From positions 3,919 through 67,918 of the forward strand of contig CALWTD010000007.1 in the NCBI GenBank assembly GCA_944384395.1: a DNA stretch of 64,000 nt, read 5' to 3'. This stretch comes from an uncultured Clostridia bacterium. GTDB taxonomy: Bacteria > Bacillota > Clostridia > Christensenellales > UBA1242. The position numbers and the translations under genes were made by a program. Below are positions 17,092-28,683 of the stretch, in pieces; position 1 is the stretch's first letter; each line of letters begins with the position of its first letter. Below the pieces are notes generated by a model. It was given only the letters and a program-made list of their open reading frames with translations, ran no database searches and had not been told where the DNA came from.

Positions 17092-17858
17092 TGGTAATTT
17101 ATGGAGATTATCACACTCACACAATATATTCAAGTGGTAAACACAATAAAAAGCATGCAACGGGCACAATACTAGAAAATGCTATGTATGCAAAACAAAA
17201 GGGACTAAATGAAGTTGCAATAACAGAACACGGATTTTCACATAAATTATATGGTTTGCAAAGAAAAAATTTAGCAAAAATGCGAGAAGAAATTGAAGAG
17301 GCAAAAAGAAAAACAGGAATAAACATTTTATTAGGGATAGAGGCAAACATAATTTCAAGTGAAGGGGATGTTGATTTAACAGAAGAAGATATAAAACAAT
17401 TAGATTTAATAATTGTTGGATTTCATAGTTTTGCAAGAGCAAAATCAATTAAAGAATTTTTTAAATTCTTCTTGCCTAATTTATTGGGATTGAAAAGGAA
17501 AAAAGATTATGAAAGAAATACACTTGCCTTATTAAAAGCAATGGACAAGTATCCAATTGACATAATATCGCATCCTGGAATTAATATGCCAATGTACTTT
17601 GATAAAGTTGCATTGCACGCAAAAAAAACTAATACTATGTTAGAATTAAATGGGAAAAGAATTGCATATAAACCAAAAGATATTGAAGTTATTAAAGAAA
17701 TTTGTCCAAAACTTATAATTTCTTCTGATGCACACAGTGCAAAAAGAGTTGGAGACATAAAAAAGCCTATTAATTTTGCGATAAAATATTCGGTGTCTAA
17801 TGAACAAATTGCAAATATGGGCAAAAAAATATATTTCAAAAATTACAAACAAAATTAA
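17091..17858 (+). CDS. PHP-domain metal-dependent phosphoesterase
   Basis: YGDYHTHTIYS, ITEHG, GIEANI, GFHS, ISHPG and SSDAHS motifs of the PHP fold. Confidence 0.75.
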   Translation: MVIYGDYHTHTIYSSGKHNKKHATGTILENAMYAKQKGLNEVAITEHGFSHKLYGLQRKNLAKMREEIEEAKRKTGINILLGIEANIISSEGDVDLTEEDIKQLDLIIVGFHSFARAKSIKEFFKFFLPNLLGLKRKKDYERNTLALLKAMDKYPIDIISHPGINMPMYFDKVALHAKKTNTMLELNGKRIAYKPKDIEVIKEICPKLIISSDAHSAKRVGDIKKPINFAIKYSVSNEQIANMGKKIYFKNYKQN

Positions 17859-17870
17859 AAGGATAATAGA

Positions 17871-18827
17871 TTGAGTTTTTCCAAAGACATTAAAAGTGAA
17901 ATTTTAAGTAAGCCGATAACACAAGACTGTTGTGGTCTTGCTTTTTTAAGTGGTATTTTTAGTTCATCGGCAAGCATAAATTTAGACGGAAAAATTGAAG
18001 TGAGTATAAATACAGATATCAAAGAATTAGTTGACTATTTGAATTTTATTATAAACAAACTGTATGGAATGCAAGTTAAAGCAGAAATATGCAAAAAATA
18101 TCAAATTAAAAAAGAAGATTATTACTACATTAACTTTGAACCCACTTTAGCGTATAGACTTTTAATTGATACAGGTTGTGCAAAAGTTGAAAATGGTAAT
18201 TTGGTTAGATGTTTTGATGTTGATAAATATATGATAAAAGAAGAACACTGCTTAAAAAGTTTTGTTGCAGGAGTTTTTGTTGGTTGTGGTACAAGCAGTA
18301 TAAAAATAAATACGCAAAATAGAATGTCCACAGGTTATCATTTGGAATTTGCATCAAAAAACCAACGTTTTTTAAATGGGTTAAAACAAATACTTTTGCA
18401 GTTTGAAATCAATGCAAAAATCATAAATCGTAAAAAAATATATATTTTGTATGTTAAAGATGCCAATGAAGTTAGTAATGTACTTGCACTTATTGGTGCA
18501 TATAATGCTGTTTTGGCACTCCAAAACGAAATGGCAATAAGAGAAGTGAGAAACAAAGTAAATAGGCAAACTAATTGTATAAGTGCAAACATAAACAAAA
18601 CAGTAAATGCAAGTTTAAAGCAAAATGATGCAATATCTTTAATAGTTACAAAATTAGGACTTGAGGAATTATCACAGGATTTACAAAATGTTGCACTTCT
18701 TCGCATGGCAAATCCAGAGGAAAGTTTAGATGAACTTGTTAAACTTGCAACATTTCCAATTACAAAAAGTGGACTTAATTATAGATTAAATAAACTAATT
18801 AAAATAGCAGACAAATTAAAGGAGTAA
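17871..18827 (+). CDS. whiA: DNA-binding protein WhiA
   Basis: TTG start. MSFSKDIKSEIL..CCGLAFLSGIF at the N-terminus, and a C-terminal HTH ..EESLDELVKL...ITKSGLNYRLNKLIKIA. Confidence 0.85.
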   Translation: MSFSKDIKSEILSKPITQDCCGLAFLSGIFSSSASINLDGKIEVSINTDIKELVDYLNFIINKLYGMQVKAEICKKYQIKKEDYYYINFEPTLAYRLLIDTGCAKVENGNLVRCFDVDKYMIKEEHCLKSFVAGVFVGCGTSSIKINTQNRMSTGYHLEFASKNQRFLNGLKQILLQFEINAKIINRKKIYILYVKDANEVSNVLALIGAYNAVLALQNEMAIREVRNKVNRQTNCISANINKTVNASLKQNDAISLIVTKLGLEELSQDLQNVALLRMANPEESLDELVKLATFPITKSGLNYRLNKLIKIADKLKE

Positions 18828-18829
18828 AA

Positions 18830-21800
18830 ATGGAACAGTTTGTTCATTTACACAATCACACAGAGTTTAGTTTGCTCGACGGGGCTGCAAAAATAACAGA
18901 ACTTGTTAAAGAAACTAAAAATAGAGGTTGGAAAGCAGTTGCAATAACTGACCATGGCAATATGTATGGTGCATTGCAGTTTTATACTGCCTGTCTTGGT
19001 GCGGGCATAAAACCAATAATTGGTTGTGAGTTTTATATGTGTGAAGATATGAACTTAAAGCAGGGCAAACAAGATATTGGACATTTAATTTTACTTGCAA
19101 AAAATAACGATGGTTATAAAAATTTATTGAAATTAAATTCAGTTGCATTTATTGATGGTTACTATTATAAACCAAGAATAGATTATAAAATGTTAAGCAA
19201 GCACTCAAAAGGGCTTATTTGTTTAAGTGGTTGTTTAGCAGGACATCTTCCAAAACTAATACTTTCACATAGAATGGAAGATGCAAAAGATTTTGCTTTA
19301 AAATTAAAGTCTATGTTTGATGACGGCGATTTTTATTTGGAAATTCAAAATCATGGAATACTAGAAGAAAAAGAAGTTGTGCTTGGCCTAGACAAGATAA
19401 GCAAAGAAACAGGAATAAAACTTGTTGCCACCAACGACTGCCATTACATAAACAAAGAAGATGCAGAACTTCAAGATGTATTGATGTGTGTTCAAATGGG
19501 AAAAACGCTTGATGACCCAGATAGATTAAAATTTTCAACAAATGAATTTTATTATAAAACATATGAAGAAATGCAAGAAGCGTTTATTGGATACGAAGAT
19601 GCTTTAAAAACTACTTTAGAGATTGCAGATAAATGCGATGTTATAATTAGAAGAAAAGTTCACGGCGAAATGGGGTTGGAAGATAAGTATGTTTTGCCAG
19701 CCACAGAGAATTTTATCCCAAAATATGTTCCACCAGACAATATGGAACCTTTTGAATATATGAAAAAACTAACTTACGAGCATTTAGACGAAAAATATCC
19801 AAATGCAAGCAAGGAAGTTTTAGATAGAATAGAATATGAACTATCTGTAATAAAAGAACAGGGATTTGTTGAATATTTCTTGGTTGTTTGGGACTATATA
19901 AACTGGGCAAAAAACAATAAAATTTCGGTTGGTCCGGGAAGGGGCAGTGGTGCAGGAAGTATTGTTGCCTATCTTATGGGAATAACAAAAGTAGACCCAC
20001 TTAAATACGCATTATTTTTTGAAAGATTTATAAATAAAGAAAGGGTATCAATGCCCGACTTTGATATAGACTTTGATAAAGAAAGAAGGGGTGAAGTTGT
20101 TGATTATGCTAGAAGAAAGTATAATCCGGAAAATGTAACAAACATAATTACTTTTGGAAAAATGCAAGCAAAAAATGCCATAAAAGATGTTGGTAGAGTT
20201 TTAAGAATACCATATTCGGAAACGGACAGAATAACAAAACTCATACCCAATAAACTTCCAGAAGGAATAAAAAAACCACCTGTACTTGCGTATTATTTTG
20301 GAAAAACAGGAAAACCAGAGAATGATAAGTACATTATTCAAGAACTAAAAGAAATATATGACCAAGATGCTGACTTAAAAAGAGTTATTGACATAGCGAT
20401 AAAAGTTGAAGGATTTCCAAGAAACACATCAATGCACGCTTGTGGAGTTTTAATTGCACCAGAGCCTGTTGATGAATTTGTGCCACAATCAAGAAATGGA
20501 GAAGATATAACAACACAATACGAAGCAGTTGATTTGGAATCTCTTGGACTTCTTAAAATGGACTTTTTAGGATTAAATACACTTACTGATATTGGTAGAG
20601 CAATTCAATATGTAAAAGATGATTTTGGGGTTGATATTGATTTTGATAAATTGGGATACGACGATAAAAATGTATATGATCTAATAGGTACTGGCAACAC
20701 GGAAGCGATATTTCAACTTGAAAGTGGTGGATTTCAAAAATTTATGAAAGAATTAAAACCATCGGGACTTGAAGATATTATAGCAGGGGTGTCGTTATAT
20801 CGTCCAGGGCCAATGGACTCCATTCCAACATATGTAAGAAATAAATTTAATCCCGACAAGGTTGAGTATCCGCACGAGTGCATTAAAGATGTTTTAAAAG
20901 TTACTTATGGGTGTATTGTTTATCAAGAACAAGTTATGCAAATTTTTCAAATTATGGGTGGTTATAGTTTGGGACAAGCAGACAATGTCCGTAGAATAAT
21001 GGGTAAAAAGAAAGTTGATAAAATGGCACTCGAAAAGGACAAGTTCATAAATGGTTGGGAAGACCCAAAGGGTTTAAAATCTATTCCAGGAGCAGTTAAA
21101 CTTGGAATATCAAGAGAAGTTGCTGAAAAGGTTTTTGCAGATATGGAGAGTTTTGCCCAATATGCGTTTAATAAATCTCACGCAACTGCTTATGCTATGC
21201 TTACATATCAAACGGCATATCTAAAATGCTATTACGAAGTTGAGTTCTTGACGGCGATTATCAACAACAGAATAACAAATGCAGACGAAATAAAAAAATA
21301 TGTTGCATATGCAAGACGAGAAAATATTGAAGTGTTGCCACCTTGTATAAACAAAAGTAAAACATATTTTAGTGTAGAAAACGGAAAAATTAGATATGGG
21401 CTTAGTGGACTTAAAGGTGTTGGTGTTGGCGCTATTGACACCATGATAAAAGAACGAGAAAAAAACGGCGAATATAAAGACATATTTGATTTTATTTCAA
21501 GATTATATAACTCTGGTGTTGTAAACAAAAAAAGTATGGAAAGTTTAATACTTAGTGGTGCGTTTGATTGTTTCAATGTTTATAGGTCGCAACTTATGGC
21601 AGTTTACGAACAAGCCATTGAAAAAGTTAATAGAGATATAAAAAATAAAGCATCTGGACAATTTTCACTTTTTGAAAACTTTAAAACAGAATTAGAAGAT
21701 ATTGACAAAATTGATTATCCAAAAATTAAAGAATACAATAAGCAAACGAAACTAAAATTTGAGAAAGACATAACAGGTGTTTATATGTCGGGACACCCAC

Positions 21801-22426
21801 TTCAAAATTTTGCAAAAAAATGGAATAATTTTAATTTTAGATCAGATATGATTGTTAAAGAAAGTGATGAAAACACAAATGATGATATTGATGAAGATAT
21901 AGAAGAAGATGTTGTGTTTGAAGGTTTAACAGATGGTATGCGCGTTAATTGTGGTGGAATTATAACTAATTTCAAAAGAATAATATCAAAATCATCAAAT
22001 AAAAGTATGGCAATTATTGATGTTGAAGATTTATATGGAACATTTAGTTGCATGGTTACACCAAATGTGTATGATAAGTGTAAGAACATTTTGCAGGAAG
22101 ACAACATAGTACTAATAAATGGAAAATTTTCGTATAGAGTGGGTAGAGAGCCAATAATAATGGCAGAAAGAATTTCTATTATGCAAGAGGAAGAACAACA
22201 AGAAACGGCAGATAAAACATTATATTTAAAATATGATGTAAAAAACACAAAAATAAATGATAAAGTAAATTTAATTTTGTCATTATATAAAGGAGAATAT
22301 CCGGTTGTTGCTCGATGTACAAGTAATAATAAAGCATATAAACTAGCAAAAAAAGTAAACGGAAACAATCATTTAATAAATGAACTCATTGGACTTTTGG
22401 GCGAAGAAAATGTATTATTAAAATAG
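18830..22426 (+). CDS. dnaE: DNA polymerase III alpha subunit (DnaE type)
   Basis: FVHLHNHTEFSLLDGA PHP N-terminus, GPGRGSGAGSIVAYLMGIT, PDFDIDF and FNKSHATAYA motifs. 1198 aa. Confidence 0.95.
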   Translation: MEQFVHLHNHTEFSLLDGAAKITELVKETKNRGWKAVAITDHGNMYGALQFYTACLGAGIKPIIGCEFYMCEDMNLKQGKQDIGHLILLAKNNDGYKNLLKLNSVAFIDGYYYKPRIDYKMLSKHSKGLICLSGCLAGHLPKLILSHRMEDAKDFALKLKSMFDDGDFYLEIQNHGILEEKEVVLGLDKISKETGIKLVATNDCHYINKEDAELQDVLMCVQMGKTLDDPDRLKFSTNEFYYKTYEEMQEAFIGYEDALKTTLEIADKCDVIIRRKVHGEMGLEDKYVLPATENFIPKYVPPDNMEPFEYMKKLTYEHLDEKYPNASKEVLDRIEYELSVIKEQGFVEYFLVVWDYINWAKNNKISVGPGRGSGAGSIVAYLMGITKVDPLKYALFFERFINKERVSMPDFDIDFDKERRGEVVDYARRKYNPENVTNIITFGKMQAKNAIKDVGRVLRIPYSETDRITKLIPNKLPEGIKKPPVLAYYFGKTGKPENDKYIIQELKEIYDQDADLKRVIDIAIKVEGFPRNTSMHACGVLIAPEPVDEFVPQSRNGEDITTQYEAVDLESLGLLKMDFLGLNTLTDIGRAIQYVKDDFGVDIDFDKLGYDDKNVYDLIGTGNTEAIFQLESGGFQKFMKELKPSGLEDIIAGVSLYRPGPMDSIPTYVRNKFNPDKVEYPHECIKDVLKVTYGCIVYQEQVMQIFQIMGGYSLGQADNVRRIMGKKKVDKMALEKDKFINGWEDPKGLKSIPGAVKLGISREVAEKVFADMESFAQYAFNKSHATAYAMLTYQTAYLKCYYEVEFLTAIINNRITNADEIKKYVAYARRENIEVLPPCINKSKTYFSVENGKIRYGLSGLKGVGVGAIDTMIKEREKNGEYKDIFDFISRLYNSGVVNKKSMESLILSGAFDCFNVYRSQLMAVYEQAIEKVNRDIKNKASGQFSLFENFKTELEDIDKIDYPKIKEYNKQTKLKFEKDITGVYMSGHPLQNFAKKWNNFNFRSDMIVKESDENTNDDIDEDIEEDVVFEGLTDGMRVNCGGIITNFKRIISKSSNKSMAIIDVEDLYGTFSCMVTPNVYDKCKNILQEDNIVLINGKFSYRVGREPIIMAERISIMQEEEQQETADKTLYLKYDVKNTKINDKVNLILSLYKGEYPVVARCTSNNKAYKLAKKVNGNNHLINELIGLLGEENVLLK

Positions 22427-22434
22427 GAGAAATT

Positions 22435-23316
22435 ATGAACATAGGCATTTTGGCAAGTGGTGGCGATGGCGCAGGAATGAATTATTGCTTATATAATATT
22501 TATAAAAAATTGTATAAACACAATAAAATATTTTTGTTTAATCGTGGTTATTTTGGGCTTATTAACAACGATGTTTTAGATTTTAATTTTAACTATATAA
22601 AAAAACATAAAAATGATGGTGGAATAATGATTAAAACATCAAGATGTCCAGAGTTTGAAACACTAGAAGGTCAAGAAAAAGCACTAGAAAATTTGGCAAA
22701 AAACAAAATTGATGTCTTAATTGTTATGGGAGGAAACGGCTCGCTTAAAGGTGCAAAAGAACTTGTAAAAGAAAATATAAACATTATGTTTATTCCTTGC
22801 ACCATTGACAACGATGTTTTAAATAGTGAATATTGTATTGGTTTTGATACTGCTTGCTATAATTGTGCAAGTTTTATCAATCAAGTAAACGACACAATGA
22901 AATCGTTTAATAGAACTTGCATTTATGAAGCAATGGGTAGAAAATGTCCAGCAATAGCAATAACAGTTGGCAATATGGTTGATGCCGATTATATGTATGT
23001 TTCAAATAATTGCAGTGTGGAAAGTTGTATTGAAGCATTAAGAAAAATTAAAGAGAAAAAAGATGCACCAATTGTAATACTTAGAGAAAATTTAATTGAT
23101 ATAAAATATTTAAAAAAAGAAATAGAAAATAAATTAAATTTAGATGTTAGAACATGTATTGTAGGATATTTGCAAAGAGGTGGAAAACCAACAAAACTTG
23201 AAAAAAATTATGCAAAAAAATTTGCCGAAAAATGCGTGAAAGAAATAAAAAATAAAAAATTTAATCAATCAATAATTGTAAAAAATGGTTTTTTTGTGTC
23301 GGAAAAATTAAATTAA
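22435..23316 (+). CDS. pfkA: ATP-dependent 6-phosphofructokinase
   Basis: IGILASGGDGAGMN, MGGNGSLKGA, IPCTIDND and GYLQRGG motifs. Confidence 0.85.
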   Translation: MNIGILASGGDGAGMNYCLYNIYKKLYKHNKIFLFNRGYFGLINNDVLDFNFNYIKKHKNDGGIMIKTSRCPEFETLEGQEKALENLAKNKIDVLIVMGGNGSLKGAKELVKENINIMFIPCTIDNDVLNSEYCIGFDTACYNCASFINQVNDTMKSFNRTCIYEAMGRKCPAIAITVGNMVDADYMYVSNNCSVESCIEALRKIKEKKDAPIVILRENLIDIKYLKKEIENKLNLDVRTCIVGYLQRGGKPTKLEKNYAKKFAEKCVKEIKNKKFNQSIIVKNGFFVSEKLN

Positions 23317-23346
23317 ATAAAATTATTCAAAAAACTATAAAATAAT

Positions 23347-23371
23347 ACAAGGATTTATACCTTGTTTTTTT
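23347..23371 (+). terminator. Rho-independent terminator after pfkA
   Basis: Hairpin ACAAGG/CCTTGT followed by a T7 run. Confidence 0.7.
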
Positions 23372-23534
23372 AAAATATTTATATAATATTAAAGTATCAT
23401 AAATAATTGTATATATTTTTAATCATAATTATATATATGATTTCACATAAATATTATAAACAGTTAGTTGCAAAATAACTCTTGTTTGTGTTAATATAAT
23501 GTGTAATTGCTTAAATAAATCGGAGGTATAAAAT

Positions 23535-25802
23535 TTGAATACAAAGAAAAAAGGCTTTAATCTGTTTTACCTGTTTTTAATATTGCTTGTTTTTGTGTTT
23601 ATTATGTTTGCTATGGTAGACATCAATGCAGGTATTGAACAAGTTGAACCATCAACAGCAATAACATGGATAAAAGAAGGTAAAGTAGAACAAATATATG
23701 CCTATAATGGCGAAGCAAGAATTCTTTTAAGAGAATCAAAAGTAGAAGACAAAGAACAATTTCCAAATCAAGCAGATGCATATTTTAAATATACATCACA
23801 GTCTTGGGAACAAATATTGATTGAAATACAAACGTACAATGATGGTAAAACCGAAGAATTGCAAATAAAGTGGTCTAATCCACCAGTTGAAGCAAGTTGG
23901 TTTGAAACACTTATGCCATTTTTGTATATTGGCCTTGGACTTTTGTCTATTTATCTTATTTTTAGAATGTTTACAAAATCAAATTCAAATGCAATGCAAT
24001 TTGGAAAAAATAAAGCAAGACTCACAAGCAACATTAAAGTGAGATTTTCTGACATTGCAGGTGCAGAAGAAGAAAAAGCAGAACTTCAAGAAATTGTTGA
24101 ATTTTTAAAAAATCCACAAAGATTTACAGAACTTGGCGCAAGAATTCCAAAGGGAGTTTTGCTTGTTGGAAATCCCGGCACAGGAAAAACACTTCTTGCA
24201 AGGGCAGTTGCAGGAGAAAGCAATGTTCCATTTTTGTCAATTAGTGGTAGTGATTTTGTTGAAATGTTTGTTGGGGTTGGTGCAAGCAGAGTTAGAGATT
24301 TGTTTGACCAAGCAAAAAAAGCACAACCTTGCATAGTGTTTATTGACGAAATAGACGCTGTTGGAAGACAAAGAGGAGCAGGACTTGGCGGTGGCAATGA
24401 TGAAAGAGAACAAACATTAAATCAACTTCTTGTTGAAATGGACGGATTTGAAGCAAATGAAGGCATAATTGTTCTTGCAGCAACAAATAGAAGTGATGTT
24501 CTTGACCCAGCACTACTTAGACCGGGCAGATTTGATAGACAAATTTATGTAAACGTTCCTGATGTTAAGGGTAGAGAAGGAATAATAAAAATACACGCAC
24601 GAAATAAACCTATTGCAGACGATGTAGATTTTCAAACTCTTGCAAGAATAACAAGTGGATTTACGGGTGCCGACCTTGAAAATATGTTAAACGAAGCGGC
24701 AATTCTTGCAGCAAGAAATCACAGGCCAAAAATTCTTATGCAAGACATAACCGAGGGAATAAACAAAGTTTTAATGGGACCACAAAAAAAGAGTTTGCTT
24801 GTAACAGATAAAGATAAACTTATAACAGCATATCACGAAAGTGGACACGCAATAATTGGAAAACTTTTAAAGCATTGTGAAGAAGTTCAAGAAGTTTCAA
24901 TAATTCCAAGAGGTGCTGCTGCAGGTTATACAATGAGCAGACCAGATAATGATGATAATCATATGGGCAAACTTAAACTAAATGACACAATTGCTATGAT
25001 GATGGGTGGAAGGCTTAGCGAAGAACTATTTATGGAAGACATTTCAACAGGTGCTTCAAACGACATTAAGCGTGCAACTGAACTTGCAAGAAAAATGGTT
25101 ACAGTTTGGGGTATGAGTGATAAATTTGGCTTTATGAGTTTTAATAGCGAAGAAGAAATATTTGTTGGAAGAAACTATCAAAGCAAGACTGAATATAGTG
25201 AAACAACTGCTTTTGAAATTGACAAAGAAGTTAAAAAAATTTTAGATTATAACTATAATCGTGCAAAGAAAATTCTAACAGAGCACAGTGAACTTGTTAA
25301 ACAAATGGCAGAGTTGCTTCTAGAAAAAGACACAATATACAAAGACGAAGTCGATATGCTTATGGAAGGCAAAAGCAAAGAAGAAATAATAAAGCATATG
25401 GACGAAGAAACAGAAAAAAGAAAACAAGAAGAAGAAAAGGCTCGCAAACAAAATGAAAAAGATAAAAAAATAAAAGAAATAGAAATGCGAGTAAAAACAG
25501 CAGAAATGTATCTTAAAGAAGGAATAATATCTCAAAAAGATTATGATTTGATTTTGAAAGAAAAAGAGAAAGCAATTCAAAAACTAAACGAAGAAAATGA
25601 AAATAATTCTTTAATAGAGAAAACAGAAAATAAAACCGGCAACGAAGAAACAAAAATTGAAGAAAAAGTAAAAAAAGATTCTGACAAAGAAACTGAAGAA
25701 AAACAAGAAGAAAAAGGCGAAGCAAAAACAACAAAACCAAGAACAAAAAAAACGAGTGTAACGAAAGAAAAAAAGGAGAAAAAAGATGACAAAAAAGAAT
25801 AA
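23535..25802 (+). CDS. ftsH: ATP-dependent zinc metalloprotease FtsH with a long Lys/Glu-rich C-terminal tail
   Basis: TTG start after [33 protein letters not shown] and HESGHAI motifs. Low-complexity tail [13 protein letters not shown]... Confidence 0.95.
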   Translation: MNTKKKGFNLFYLFLILLVFVFIMFAMVDINAGIEQVEPSTAITWIKEGKVEQIYAYNGEARILLRESKVEDKEQFPNQADAYFKYTSQSWEQILIEIQTYNDGKTEELQIKWSNPPVEASWFETLMPFLYIGLGLLSIYLIFRMFTKSNSNAMQFGKNKARLTSNIKVRFSDIAGAEEEKAELQEIVEFLKNPQRFTELGARIPKGVLLVGNPGTGKTLLARAVAGESNVPFLSISGSDFVEMFVGVGASRVRDLFDQAKKAQPCIVFIDEIDAVGRQRGAGLGGGNDEREQTLNQLLVEMDGFEANEGIIVLAATNRSDVLDPALLRPGRFDRQIYVNVPDVKGREGIIKIHARNKPIADDVDFQTLARITSGFTGADLENMLNEAAILAARNHRPKILMQDITEGINKVLMGPQKKSLLVTDKDKLITAYHESGHAIIGKLLKHCEEVQEVSIIPRGAAAGYTMSRPDNDDNHMGKLKLNDTIAMMMGGRLSEELFMEDISTGASNDIKRATELARKMVTVWGMSDKFGFMSFNSEEEIFVGRNYQSKTEYSETTAFEIDKEVKKILDYNYNRAKKILTEHSELVKQMAELLLEKDTIYKDEVDMLMEGKSKEEIIKHMDEETEKRKQEEEKARKQNEKDKKIKEIEMRVKTAEMYLKEGIISQKDYDLILKEKEKAIQKLNEENENNSLIEKTENKTGNEETKIEEKVKKDSDKETEEKQEEKGEAKTTKPRTKKTSVTKEKKEKKDDKKE

Positions 25803-26367
25803 AGGTGTGCTTATAGCAGTTTATTGTTTAGTTGCAGTGCTTGTGTTGTCAACAATTGTGTGTTGTTTTGTAAAAACAAGTTATCGTCCAGAAATACAAG
25901 ACCCATATGCATTCACAGCCTATATTTCAGGCAATGCAGATTCTTATATAGCTTGCGATAAAGACAATAATAAAGATAGATATAACGAAGTATTAACAAC
26001 TTTTAATGACTCATTTACTGAAAGCGTTTTATCGTCATTATTCTCTGGCAGAATGTTTAATAAATCAAGAATAGAGTCATCACAAAGTCTTCCTTCTTTT
26101 AGTGGTTACACATTAAAACTCTCCTTTGCAACAAAACAAACAATAATGCTTAATGGCAAAGAATATAACCCACCAACAAACTCATCTCAAACAATAGAGT
26201 ATGATGAAATTTATGTTGATGTTGCAGGTGATAATGGTTTTGGTGTAAATTATGTTTATTATGTTTATAATTATGTAGACAGTTCAAATATAAATCGAAC
26301 AACATACTATAAACAAACAGTAAAAGCAAATTTCAATGAGTTGTACGATTTGTTAGAATCATATTAG
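25786..26367 (+). CDS. Membrane-anchored hypothetical protein
   Basis: AAGGAG RBS lies inside the ftsH 3' end, giving a 17-nt overlap. N-terminal TM segment VLIAVYCLVAVLVLSTIVCCFV. Confidence 0.6.
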   Translation: MTKKNKGVLIAVYCLVAVLVLSTIVCCFVKTSYRPEIQDPYAFTAYISGNADSYIACDKDNNKDRYNEVLTTFNDSFTESVLSSLFSGRMFNKSRIESSQSLPSFSGYTLKLSFATKQTIMLNGKEYNPPTNSSQTIEYDEIYVDVAGDNGFGVNYVYYVYNYVDSSNINRTTYYKQTVKANFNELYDLLESY

Positions 26368-26371
26368 AAAT

Positions 26372-26402
26372 AAAAAATTCAAGAGTTTATCTTGAATTTT
26401 TT
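26372..26402. terminator. Bidirectional terminator between convergent genes
   Basis: Hairpin ATTCAAG/CTTGAAT flanked by A6 and T8 runs. Confidence 0.7.
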
Positions 26403-27503
26403 TTATGCAACAACAAAAGCAAAAAGACCAAATTTAAAGTTTGCATTTTTATCTGGCGAGAAAGTAATTTCAATAAATCCGTCTTGACAATAAGAAGTGT
26501 CTAAAAGTGATGTATCTATTGATGTTGTTATTATGTTGTTTTGAGTTTCTTTTGCTTTATAGTATGAAGCAAGTGAATTTGTGTTATTTTCAATAGTATT
26601 TGATATAATAGTTTCTCCATTAAAAATATTATTGTCATATGACTTGTTTATAGGTGATATATGTGAAGTTTGTTTTGTTTCATAATATGTCATAATGCTG
26701 TTTGATGATGTGTTTTTGTTTATGTTGTATGTTTTGCTATCGCTTTCACGTGTGCCGTCGTTAAGGTTATGATAGGTTATTTTTACTTCAAGATTTAAAC
26801 TTTCTTCGCTTTGAAGTGTAAACATAAGTGTACCAAAATTTCCAGATTTGTTTGGACTAATTATTATTGATTGATATTGCCTTGCCTGTATTGTGCTAAA
26901 ACCCAAACTATCGGATAATAAAAACATTGTTTTTTTTGAACTGTCTCCACCAACAATAGTTGAATTTATACAAAGTTCAAGTTTGTTTGTGTACTCGCTG
27001 TCAACTATTTGTAAAACATTCTCTTTGTCTGTTTGTGTATCTTGTGAGTTTATTATAATATTTTCAAATACATAATCTGCAAATTTATTTTTATTTTCAA
27101 CAGATAGACCAATATATGATGCGTTTAATCTATATTCTTCTTTTAAAGATGTTAAATAATTATCTAAATTTATGTTGTTGTTTAAGTTTAAAAAACTGCT
27201 TACATTTTTATTTAAAGCCAGTTCGTATACAACAACTTTTAATATCTGTGTAACTTTATCACTTTCAACAATGTTTTCGTTGTTAAACTGTTGCGTTACT
27301 TTGTTATAAACATTTGTTGCAAAATTTTCTAGAAGTATGCCTTGCTCATTACTTTCATTTCTATAAACAACTTGATAACTTGCAATGTCAAAACCACTAA
27401 CGTCTTCGTTAGGGTCATCAGGATAATAACACCCACTAAAACAAAATGTAAAAATTATAAGAGAAAGCAAAAAAATTGATTTTAATATTTTTTTATTTTT
27501 CAT
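26403..27503 (-). CDS. Lipoprotein (hypothetical)
   Basis: Signal peptide with lipobox FCFSGC. 366 aa, N/S/T-rich. Confidence 0.65.
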   Translation of the reverse strand: MKNKKILKSIFLLSLIIFTFCFSGCYYPDDPNEDVSGFDIASYQVVYRNESNEQGILLENFATNVYNKVTQQFNNENIVESDKVTQILKVVVYELALNKNVSSFLNLNNNINLDNYLTSLKEEYRLNASYIGLSVENKNKFADYVFENIIINSQDTQTDKENVLQIVDSEYTNKLELCINSTIVGGDSSKKTMFLLSDSLGFSTIQARQYQSIIISPNKSGNFGTLMFTLQSEESLNLEVKITYHNLNDGTRESDSKTYNINKNTSSNSIMTYYETKQTSHISPINKSYDNNIFNGETIISNTIENNTNSLASYYKAKETQNNIITTSIDTSLLDTSYCQDGFIEITFSPDKNANFKFGLFAFVVA

Positions 27504-27617
27504 ACAAATAGTTTAACACATATATTTAGTTTTATCAACAAAACAAAAAGTGTTAATTTTTTTTGTTTTAGTTGTTTTTTTGATGTGTTTTTATTATAAT
27601 ATCTAAAAGGAAAAATT

Positions 27618-28097
27618 ATGAAAAATAAAGAATTTAATTTTGTGCCAAACAAAAATTGGAAAGTTTTAGATAAAAAAGATATGTTAAACTATGGAATTGC
27701 CGATTTAAGTGACGCAACAATTGTTGGTTGTTATAATATAAACAACAACGTAAATGTTTATAGTACAGTTACATTATATAATTACGGAGAGTATGATAAT
27801 CAAATTGATGACATGGCAAATGATTATAAAAACTTGCAAATAAATTTAAAAGAACAAGATGAATATGGAGTTTTTCCTCTTTATTTTGAAAAAATTTCAA
27901 AAAATGTATTTTTAAGTGTTTTAAAGCCTGTTCATAACCCTGCACTAATCATGGTAGATTTGTTTTTTGTATATGCTGGGAAATTATATAGTTTTCATGT
28001 AAACATAAACAAAAACGAAAAAAATTTAACCTTAAAAGAATTGTGCAAAAAATATGAACATATAGGATACTGCTACGATGCAATCTCAAAAAACTAA
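27618..28097 (+). CDS. Hypothetical protein
   Basis: 159-aa ORF with an AAAGGAAAAA RBS. Overlaps queH by 20 nt. Confidence 0.55.
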   Translation: MKNKEFNFVPNKNWKVLDKKDMLNYGIADLSDATIVGCYNINNNVNVYSTVTLYNYGEYDNQIDDMANDYKNLQINLKEQDEYGVFPLYFEKISKNVFLSVLKPVHNPALIMVDLFFVYAGKLYSFHVNINKNEKNLTLKELCKKYEHIGYCYDAISKN

Positions 28098-28683
28098 TTA
28101 CGACAAACTTATGCAAGAACAAATAGAGAAATTAGATAGCAAAAAAACTTTGCTCTTGCACAGTTGCTGTGGTCCATGTTCCACTGCGTGTATTGAAAGA
28201 TTAAAGAATTTTTTTGATGTTACAATATATTATTATAATCCAAACATTTATCCACAAGAAGAATTTGAAAAAAGATTGTTTAATCAAAAAAAGGTAATAG
28301 AATACTTTAAAGATATCAAAATTGTTTCGCCAACATATGATGAGTACGAATATTTAAAAACAATTAAGGGACTTGAAAATGAAAAAGAAGGTGGCAAAAG
28401 ATGCGATGAATGCTTTAAGTTAAGACTTAAAGAAACAGCACTTTATGCAAAATTACATGGATATGATTATTTTGGAACAACACTTACTGTAAGTTCACAC
28501 AAAAATGAACAGCATATAAATCAAATAGGCAAAGAAATAGAAGAAGAAACAAAGGTCAATTTTTTGTATTCTGATTTTAAAAAACATGATGGATATAAAA
28601 GGAGTATTGACCTATCAAAAGAAATAAATTTATATAGGCAAAATTATTGTGGTTGCAGATTTTCAATAAGAAAGGAAGTTTAA
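28078..28683 (+). CDS. queH: Epoxyqueuosine reductase QueH (DUF208)
   Basis: LLLHSCCGPCSTACIERL..YYYNPNIYP..RC..CF..R..YCGC cysteine pattern. Confidence 0.8.
   Translation: MQSQKTNYDKLMQEQIEKLDSKKTLLLHSCCGPCSTACIERLKNFFDVTIYYYNPNIYPQEEFEKRLFNQKKVIEYFKDIKIVSPTYDEYEYLKTIKGLENEKEGGKRCDECFKLRLKETALYAKLHGYDYFGTTLTVSSHKNEQHINQIGKEIEEETKVNFLYSDFKKHDGYKRSIDLSKEINLYRQNYCGCRFSIRKEV

Noticed and set aside
25253-25792. Cluster of four minus-strand ORFs over the ftsH 3' end
   Set aside because: They are artefacts of the Lys/Glu-rich (AAR/GAR) tail, whose complement is stop-poor Phe/Leu/Ser-rich sequence.
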